From: Alphaproteobacteria bacterium
Lineage (GTDB): Bacteria > Pseudomonadota > Alphaproteobacteria > UBA7887
DNA: 64,000 nucleotides
Reading direction: 5' to 3'
Assembly (NCBI GenBank): GCA_965216755.1
Contig: CBDCGL010000011.1
Location: 3,317,536 to 3,381,535, forward strand
This document shows positions 57,967 to 64,000 of this stretch, in pieces. Position 1 is the stretch's first letter. Each line of letters starts with the position of its first letter. Made by a program: the position numbers and the translations under genes. Below the pieces are notes generated by a model. It ran no database searches, was not told where the DNA came from, and was given only the letters and a program-made list of their open reading frames with translations.

Positions 57967-59811
57967 ATGTCCGGTTTGTGTCTTGTGGCGGGTGCGGCCG
58001 ATGCGGCGACACGCATTCGTGGCCCGTTGGCGCGCTTGGGGGCGGATGGGACACCGTCGACCCACGTCGGCGCGCAAATCGCGATCGGCGTCGTCAACCG
58101 GAACCGCCTGGGCGTTGGCGCGACACTCGAAACATTCGCGGATGGCTTGGTCGTCGCGCTCGACGGTGAGATTCTGGATGATGGGCTGGACGGTCAAAGT
58201 CCGTCGGCGCATGTGGCAGAACTCTATGCGGCCCAGGAGCTGGACAAGTTGGCGTGGCTCAACGGTTCTTTCGCGGTGGCGATCTATGATCCCGCCCGCG
58301 CGACCGTGGTGGCCGCGAGCGATCGATTCGGGTCCCGGAGTTTGTTCATTTGGCATGACGGCGTCCGACTATCGATCGCCAGCCGTCTGGCCGTTTTGCT
58401 GGCCGACGACCGCGTGCCACGGCGGCTGAGCGGCCAGGGGATCACGGAACTGCTGCGCTTTCAACGCACGGTCGGCGACCATACCCAATATGCCGATATT
58501 CGCGCTTTGCCGGCGGCCGCCGTGTGGTTGTTCGCCGACGGACGTGTAACCCGGCGGCAATCTCGACGTTTGGCTTGGCGGCGGCCCGACTTTGATCAAC
58601 GCGAAGGCGCCCAGCTCTTGGCAGCGGCCATGCGTCGGGCAACCGCGCGCGCGGCAACGGCGGCCATGCCGGGGCTGCTGCTGTCGGGGGGCCTCGACGC
58701 CCGTTGGGTGATGGTCTGTGCACGCGCCGAGGGGCGCACTTTGTCATGTCTCACCACGGCCACCCACGACAACGACGAAGTCGCGATCGCGCGCGCCAGC
58801 GCGGCGCGCGCGCGCATGTCGTTTCGGTTTGTGCGCACGCCGCCGGATTCGCTACCGACGGTTTTCGACGCGGCAACGGTCGCGTCCGACGGTCTGTTTC
58901 AGGCGCCGATCAACCTTTACGGATTGCTGCCGGCGGCGGCGGCCGAACATGATGTCTTGTTGTCCGGTCACGGGCTCGATTATACGTTCCGTGGCTATTA
59001 TTTGCCATGCAAGTCGATTCGTTTGGGTCGTTCGACGACACGTTTGCCAATGTTGCAGCCGGTGCCGGATGGCAGGCCGGCGACCGTGCTGGCGTCGTTG
59101 CGCGTGTCGCCGGCGGCGGCGGTGGCGGGGCGCCTGTTGCGCGGCGCCATGGCCGAGGCCTGGGACGACCGCGCCGAAAGTGCAATGGCAACGGCGTTGG
59201 CCTATGCCGACATCGAGGATCCGTACAACGCCTGGGATGCTTTTATCCTTCATTGCCTAGGCCGGCACTATGCGTACTCGGATTTCGTTGCGATGCAATC
59301 GGTGGTCGGCCATCGCGCAGTGTGTTTTGATCATGCGGTGTTCGATCTCTATTTGGCGATGCCGCCGGCCTGGCGCGCATCGGGGCGCATGGCCCATGCC
59401 GCGATGATGGCGGTCGGCGCGGATTTGATGGGGTTGCCGGATGCCAACAGCGGCGTCGCCGCGCGCCACCCCTTCGGCACCCAGTTGGCACTGGCTTATG
59501 GCCGCGCGGCGTTGCGTCGCCTGGGTCTGCTGCGCACGGGGCCGCTGGGCGCGGCGGCGGAGACGCGGGGCTCGTGGGCGGACTATGGGGTCTTGCTCAG
59601 GGCTAACGCGGACATACGCGCGCGGGCGGAAAACCTGGCAACCAACGCCGCCCTGTTGGACAGCGGCATGTTCGACGCCGCCGGTGTGCGGTCGGTTGTC
59701 GCCGACCACATGGCTGGGCGGGCCAATCATAAACGGGTGCTGTTTCAACTGATGACGCTGGCGTCATGGCTGGGGACCCACGGTTATGACCGCGCCGATC
59801 TCGCCGCCTGA
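57967..59811 (+). CDS. asparagine synthetase (glutamine-hydrolysing)-like amidotransferase (AsnB/WbpS family)
   Basis: N-terminal Ntn glutaminase domain, central LLSGGLDARWV PP-loop-like region. Probable true start is TTG 57976, giving Met-Cys-Leu-Val-Ala-Gly with the catalytic Cys at position 2. Confidence 0.75.
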   Translation: MSGLCLVAGAADAATRIRGPLARLGADGTPSTHVGAQIAIGVVNRNRLGVGATLETFADGLVVALDGEILDDGLDGQSPSAHVAELYAAQELDKLAWLNGSFAVAIYDPARATVVAASDRFGSRSLFIWHDGVRLSIASRLAVLLADDRVPRRLSGQGITELLRFQRTVGDHTQYADIRALPAAAVWLFADGRVTRRQSRRLAWRRPDFDQREGAQLLAAAMRRATARAATAAMPGLLLSGGLDARWVMVCARAEGRTLSCLTTATHDNDEVAIARASAARARMSFRFVRTPPDSLPTVFDAATVASDGLFQAPINLYGLLPAAAAEHDVLLSGHGLDYTFRGYYLPCKSIRLGRSTTRLPMLQPVPDGRPATVLASLRVSPAAAVAGRLLRGAMAEAWDDRAESAMATALAYADIEDPYNAWDAFILHCLGRHYAYSDFVAMQSVVGHRAVCFDHAVFDLYLAMPPAWRASGRMAHAAMMAVGADLMGLPDANSGVAARHPFGTQLALAYGRAALRRLGLLRTGPLGAAAETRGSWADYGVLLRANADIRARAENLATNAALLDSGMFDAAGVRSVVADHMAGRANHKRVLFQLMTLASWLGTHGYDRADLAA

Positions 59812-60976
59812 TAACCGCAGCGCGCGTGTGCTGCACGTCGACATCGAAGGCGGCTGGGGCGGCTCGTCGCGCAGTTTGTACGAACTAATTCGCTGCCTCG
59901 ATCGGCGGCGGATCGTACCGCTGGTCGCACACCGTCAGCGCGGACCGATCGAGGCACGGTACCGGGCCTTGGGCGTCCCGACCGCGCATGTTCCGACGAT
60001 CGGCTCGTTTGTGCCCCGGGCCGAGAAATGCGCGCGCAATTTTGTCGCGTCGCTGCCGCGTTTGGCCAAACTGCCGACGGCCGCTGCGCAACTGACGGCG
60101 CTGGCCCGGTCGCACCGGGCGGACCTGATACATCTCAACTATGAAGGTTTGTTCTTGTTGGCACCGAAGCTCAAACGCCGCCTTAACCTGCCGATCGTTT
60201 GTCATTGCCGCGCCTTGTTGCCGACCAATCCCTGGGGCCGTTGGCTTGCTAACAAATTGCGCCAATGCGCGGATCATCTGTTTTTTATATCGCCGCAAGA
60301 GGCTGAGCGTTTCGCCGAATTGGTCGATCATCAACCGCATCGCGGCACGGTGGTCTGGAACATCGCCGGCGGCGTCGATACGCCGCAAACCATGGCGACG
60401 CCGCCGGAAGCGGTTTATCTGGGCAGTATCGATCCGTTCAAAGGCACCGACCGCTTGATCGATATTGCGGTCGCTTTGGCGCGCGCCAAGTCGCCCCCAT
60501 TGATCATTGCGGTCTATGGTGAAAATCGCGCGCGGCCCGGCTATCGCGCCGCCCTGGAACGTCAAGCGCGCGATGTTGGCGTCGCCGACCGGATCGTGTT
60601 TCGTGGGCATACCGCCGAACCGGAACGCGCGATTGCCGGTGCCTTGGCAGTGATCCGGCCGTCGCGCGGCAATGACCCCTGGGGGCGCGACGTGATTGAG
60701 GCGACGGCGTTGGGTGTGCCGGTTCTGGCCACCGGCAGTTATGACGGCGTCGTCGCACCAGGTCGCACGGGTTATTTATATGATCCGTTTGATGCCGACG
60801 CCATGGCTGCGCAGTTAGTGCGCATGGCCACGAATCCGACACATCGCGCGCAGCTATCGCAGGCCGCGCGCGCCAAAGGGGCGGCACGGTTCGGCGGCGG
60901 CGCCCAGGCCCGGACGGTCACGGATATATTTCTTGAACTCGCCGCCTTGCGCGACACGGATAAGGCTGCGGCATGA
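59786..60976 (+). CDS. glycosyltransferase family 4 (GT-B, group 1)
   Basis: C-terminal EAxxxGxPV-type region (DVIEATALGVPVLATGSYDG). Start uncertain (ATG 59786 overlapping AsnB by 26 nt, or GTG 59828). Confidence 0.75.
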   Translation: MTAPISPPDNRSARVLHVDIEGGWGGSSRSLYELIRCLDRRRIVPLVAHRQRGPIEARYRALGVPTAHVPTIGSFVPRAEKCARNFVASLPRLAKLPTAAAQLTALARSHRADLIHLNYEGLFLLAPKLKRRLNLPIVCHCRALLPTNPWGRWLANKLRQCADHLFFISPQEAERFAELVDHQPHRGTVVWNIAGGVDTPQTMATPPEAVYLGSIDPFKGTDRLIDIAVALARAKSPPLIIAVYGENRARPGYRAALERQARDVGVADRIVFRGHTAEPERAIAGALAVIRPSRGNDPWGRDVIEATALGVPVLATGSYDGVVAPGRTGYLYDPFDADAMAAQLVRMATNPTHRAQLSQAARAKGAARFGGGAQARTVTDIFLELAALRDTDKAAA

Positions 60977-61980
60977 GTGAGGAGGTGGCGCGCGTCGGCG
61001 TGATTGGGGTTGGGCATTGGGGCCGCAACTTGGTGCGCAACTATGCCCAGCTGCAGGCGCTGGCCGGTTTTGCGGAAGCCGATCCGGAGAGGCAGGCGTG
61101 GACACGGCAGAACTATCCACGTGCGACGTGCTATGAGTCGGTGGACGCGCTGCTCGGCGATGAAGACCTCGACGCCGTGGCGATCGCGACGCCGGCGGCA
61201 AGCCACGGTGCTTTGGTTTCGCGGGCACTGGACACGAACAAGCACGTGTTTGTTGAAAAACCGTTTTGTTTGGATGTTGCCGAAGGTCGGCAATTGGCGG
61301 ACCGGGCCGTCGCGCAAGGCCGGGTTTTGATGGTTGGCCATTTGTTGCTCTACCATCCAGCTTTTTGCGCCTTGCAAAGCACCGTGACCAACGGGCATTT
61401 GGGACGCTTGCGTTATATCTATTCGAACCGTTTGAGTTTGGGCAAAATCCGTCGCGAGGAAAACGCGTTGTGGTCTTTTGCGCCACATGACATCTCGATG
61501 ATTTTGGCGCTGACCGGTCGCATGCCGACGCGCGTCGTCGCCAACGGCGGCGCCTATTTGTCCCCATCGGTTGCCGACACGACATTGTCGCACCTGACGT
61601 TTCCTGACGATGTGCAAGCGCATATTTTTGTCTCGTGGTTGCACCCCTACAAGGATCACCGTCTGATTGTGGTCGGCACCGACGCGATGGCCGTATTTGA
61701 TGACGTGTTGTCCGGCGCCGACAAATTGCGGCTTTATCGTCATGACGTCGGTTGGAACGGCAACCTGCCGACGGTCGATCGCGCCGCTGCCGAACCCATT
61801 GATTATGACGCGGGCGAACCGCTACGCGCCGAATGCGCGCATTTCTTGGATTGTGTTGGCAGCGGTGCCACGCCGCGATCCGATGCCAACGAAGGGCTGC
61901 GTGTGCTCGCCGTTCTAACCGCGTGCCAGCGGGCGCTGGCGCAAAACATGCCGGTCGCCCTTGGACCCGAGGTAACATGA
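60973..61980 (+). CDS. Gfo/Idh/MocA family NAD-dependent oxidoreductase (WbpB-like UDP-sugar 3-dehydrogenase)
   Basis: VGVIGVGHWGRNLVRNY Rossmann motif, EKP motif (VFVEKPF). Confidence 0.8.
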   Translation: MSEEVARVGVIGVGHWGRNLVRNYAQLQALAGFAEADPERQAWTRQNYPRATCYESVDALLGDEDLDAVAIATPAASHGALVSRALDTNKHVFVEKPFCLDVAEGRQLADRAVAQGRVLMVGHLLLYHPAFCALQSTVTNGHLGRLRYIYSNRLSLGKIRREENALWSFAPHDISMILALTGRMPTRVVANGGAYLSPSVADTTLSHLTFPDDVQAHIFVSWLHPYKDHRLIVVGTDAMAVFDDVLSGADKLRLYRHDVGWNGNLPTVDRAAAEPIDYDAGEPLRAECAHFLDCVGSGATPRSDANEGLRVLAVLTACQRALAQNMPVALGPEVT

Positions 61981-62546
61981 ACGCCGCACGGATTCATCCG
62001 ACCGCCGTGGTTGCCGATGAGGCCGTTATCGGCGACGGGACGCGGGTTTGGCATTTTAGCCATATCATGGCCGGCGCCCGCATCGGCGCGCGCTGCGTCA
62101 TTGGCCAAAACGTGATGGTCGCGGCCGGTGTCAGGGTTGGCGATGGATGCAAACTACAGAACAATGTTGCGCTTTATGCAGGCGTTGAACTGGAAGACGA
62201 CGTGTTCTGCGGTCCCAGCATGGTGTTCACCAATGTGTTGACGCCACGCGCGTTCGTCGACCGCAAACAGGAATTTGCCACCACGCGCGTCTGCCAAGGC
62301 GCCACGATAGGTGCCAATGCAACCGTTATCTGTGGCGTGACCATCGGCCGCTTCGCGATGATTGGCGCCGGTGCGGTGGTCACCAAGGATGTGTCCGCCT
62401 ATCAACTGGTTGTCGGCAACCCGGCCCACCCGGCCGGCTGGGTGAGCCGTACCGGCGATCGTCTCGGCGACGATCTGGTCTGTCCACGCACGGGCGCGCG
62501 TTATCGTCTCGACGATGGCGTTCTCTCGCCTCTATCCACCGACTGA
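61977..62546 (+). CDS. left-handed beta-helix N-acetyltransferase (WbpD-like)
   Basis: Hexapeptide repeats throughout (IGDGTRVWHFSHIMAGARIGARCVIGQNVMV...). ATG 61977 with GAGGT SD, overlaps the upstream stop. Confidence 0.82.
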   Translation: MNAARIHPTAVVADEAVIGDGTRVWHFSHIMAGARIGARCVIGQNVMVAAGVRVGDGCKLQNNVALYAGVELEDDVFCGPSMVFTNVLTPRAFVDRKQEFATTRVCQGATIGANATVICGVTIGRFAMIGAGAVVTKDVSAYQLVVGNPAHPAGWVSRTGDRLGDDLVCPRTGARYRLDDGVLSPLSTD

Positions 62547-62547
62547 A

Positions 62548-63693
62548 ATGGGACCGCATATGGTGGCCGACCCGATTCCCTTTGTTGATCTGAAAGCCCA
62601 ATATGCGGCTTTGAAACCGACGATCGATCAGGCCATTCAAACGGTGCTCGATCACGGCCGCTTCATCTTGGGGCCGGAAGTTGCCACCTTGGAACGTGCG
62701 TTGGCCGAATTCAGTGGTTGCGATCATGTCGTCACCGTCGCCAACGGCACCGATGCGCTGATCATTGCTTTGCTGGCCGAGGGCGTCGGGCCGGGCGACG
62801 CGGTCTTTCTACCCGCCTTTACATTTCCGGCGACCGCCGAGGCCCCGCTTCTGCTGGGCGCGACACCTGTGTTTGTCGATGTGTGCGCGGATAGCTTCAA
62901 TATCGACCCGGTCGATTTGACGCAAAAAGTGGGCGCCGTGGCCGCCGGCGGCCGTTTCAAGCCGCGCGCCGTCATCGCGGTCGATTTGTTTGGACACCCG
63001 GCCGATTATGCGGCGATCAACCAAGTGGCTGTTGAGCATGGTTTGTTTGTGCTGGCCGATGCCGCGCAAAGCTTTGGCGCCCGGTGCGGTCACACACAGG
63101 TCGGCCGTTTGGCGTCCGCCACGGCCACCAGTTTTTTTCCCGCCAAACCGTTGGGTTGCTATGGCGATGGCGGCGCGCTGTTGACCGAAGACCCAGATCG
63201 CGCCGCGGCATATCGCGCGATCCGCGTTCATGGGGCTGGCCGTGAAAAGTATGAAATCGCACGGCTCGGTATGAATAGCCGCTTGGATAGTCTGCAAGCC
63301 GCGATTTTGTTGGCCAAACTCAAGGTCTATGACGCGGAATTGCGACGTCGTGATGAAATTGCCAAGCGCTATGACGCGGCGCTTGGCGATGTGGTCAAAT
63401 TGCCGCCCCGCGCCACTGGAGTCGCGGGCGCGTGGGCGCAATACACGATCCGCGTTGACGACCGTGACGACCTGGCCACGCGTTTGCGCGATGTGGGCAT
63501 CCCGACGGCGATCTATTACCCGGCTCCCCTGCACATGCAAAAGGCGTATGCTAGTTTTGGCGGCGGCCCTGGCAGTTTACCGGTCAGCGAACATTTGGCA
63601 CGGCATGTGCTGAGCTTGCCGATGCATGCCTATTTGAAAGCCGCGACGCAACAACGCATTATCGATGGCATTCGTGACGCGGCGCATCGGTAG
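62548..63693 (+). CDS. DegT-family PLP-dependent aminotransferase (WbpE-like)
   Basis: IPFVDLKAQYAALKPTIDQAI ... DHGRFILGPEV classic DegT N-terminus. Start ATG 62548 or 62560. Confidence 0.85.
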   Translation: MGPHMVADPIPFVDLKAQYAALKPTIDQAIQTVLDHGRFILGPEVATLERALAEFSGCDHVVTVANGTDALIIALLAEGVGPGDAVFLPAFTFPATAEAPLLLGATPVFVDVCADSFNIDPVDLTQKVGAVAAGGRFKPRAVIAVDLFGHPADYAAINQVAVEHGLFVLADAAQSFGARCGHTQVGRLASATATSFFPAKPLGCYGDGGALLTEDPDRAAAYRAIRVHGAGREKYEIARLGMNSRLDSLQAAILLAKLKVYDAELRRRDEIAKRYDAALGDVVKLPPRATGVAGAWAQYTIRVDDRDDLATRLRDVGIPTAIYYPAPLHMQKAYASFGGGPGSLPVSEHLARHVLSLPMHAYLKAATQQRIIDGIRDAAHR

Positions 63694-63837
63694 CGACATT
63701 GCGTTACGTGTACCGCGCGTCACGGCCAAGTTCCGATCTGCACGTTGGGCGTAAAGGGTTGTCGGCCTTGGCTATTTCGGGGTGACACAGCGGCTTGCAT
63801 TCGATGTGCTCAACTTTGCCGGCGGCGGCGCGGCGGG

Positions 63838-64000
63838 TCAGGAGTTTGGCTTGGTGGCGACCAAGACGCAGCCGCTGACGGCCAGGTCTTCGTCGCGCAA
63901 TGGTCGCAGCGACGCCGCCAATCGCGGCCGAATCGTGCGCACCGCCGCCAACGCGAGGGCGCGCTTATCGGCATCGATGTCGCCCCATCGCGCCGGTGGC
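63838..64000 (-). CDS. 3'-terminal fragment of an unidentified minus-strand CDS that continues beyond the window
   Basis: Open frame on the minus strand (...DIDADKRALALAAVRTIRPRLAASLRPLRDEDLAVSGCVLVATKPNS*) ending at TGA 63840..63838. Too short to assign. Confidence 0.3.
   Translation of the reverse strand, partial: PPARWGDIDADKRALALAAVRTIRPRLAASLRPLRDEDLAVSGCVLVATKPNS

Overview
High-GC (~65%) proteobacterial window dominated by a very large surface-glycan biosynthesis island. Calls are made from ORF translations, motifs and gene order only; no database search was possible.

Housekeeping flank (1-6307): a 5'-partial large NAD-specific glutamate dehydrogenase, an MFS (UMF1) transporter and purH.

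Minus-strand polysaccharide operon (about 6345-14781): WbpM/PglF-like UDP-GlcNAc 4,6-dehydratase, WecA/WbpL-like initiating phosphosugar transferase, a GT-C membrane glycosyltransferase, a methyltransferase-GT2 fusion whose GT2 half is conspicuously AT-rich, an alpha/beta hydrolase and an aldo-keto reductase.

Regulator and PAPS genes: a plus-strand ydcF-like gene and a NusG-paralog (RfaH-like) gene converge on a minus-strand SDR epimerase plus cysD-cysNC-cysQ (PAPS synthesis/recycling) operon. A 36-bp perfect inverted repeat fills the convergent gap.

Mega-operon (23133 to at least 56904, continuing to 63693 after one 117-bp gap): about 34 kb, all plus strand, almost gap-free, with pervasive ATGA/GTGA start-stop overlaps. 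It is headed by a radical-SAM/SPASM gene preceded by an exact 12-nt ops element (GGCGGTAGCGTG). It encodes three separate CMP-nonulosonic-acid (legionaminic/pseudaminic-type) modules, each with its own NeuB-family synthase and cytidylyltransferase. Other content: two HisH/HisF/amidotransferase triads (acetamidino formation), a PtmE-like CBS-nucleotidyltransferase, a NeuC-like hydrolysing 2-epimerase, PseB/PseG/PseH-like genes, an ATP-grasp enzyme, a cytidylyltransferase-class-III-aminotransferase fusion, a PIG-L deacetylase, an MsbA-like ABC exporter, a sulfotransferase (a second one lies divergently upstream) and three large uncharacterised proteins sharing KpsC/KpsS-like motifs.

The last block (57022-63693) adds FabH-like, AsnB-like, GT4 and WbpB/WbpD/WbpE-like genes.

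Most notable hypothesis: an RfaH/ops-controlled, PAPS-supplied, multi-nonulosonic-acid (possibly sulfated, amidinated) polysaccharide system with KpsC/S-like candidate polymerising transferases. No rRNA, tRNA, CRISPR or obvious IS elements were recognised.
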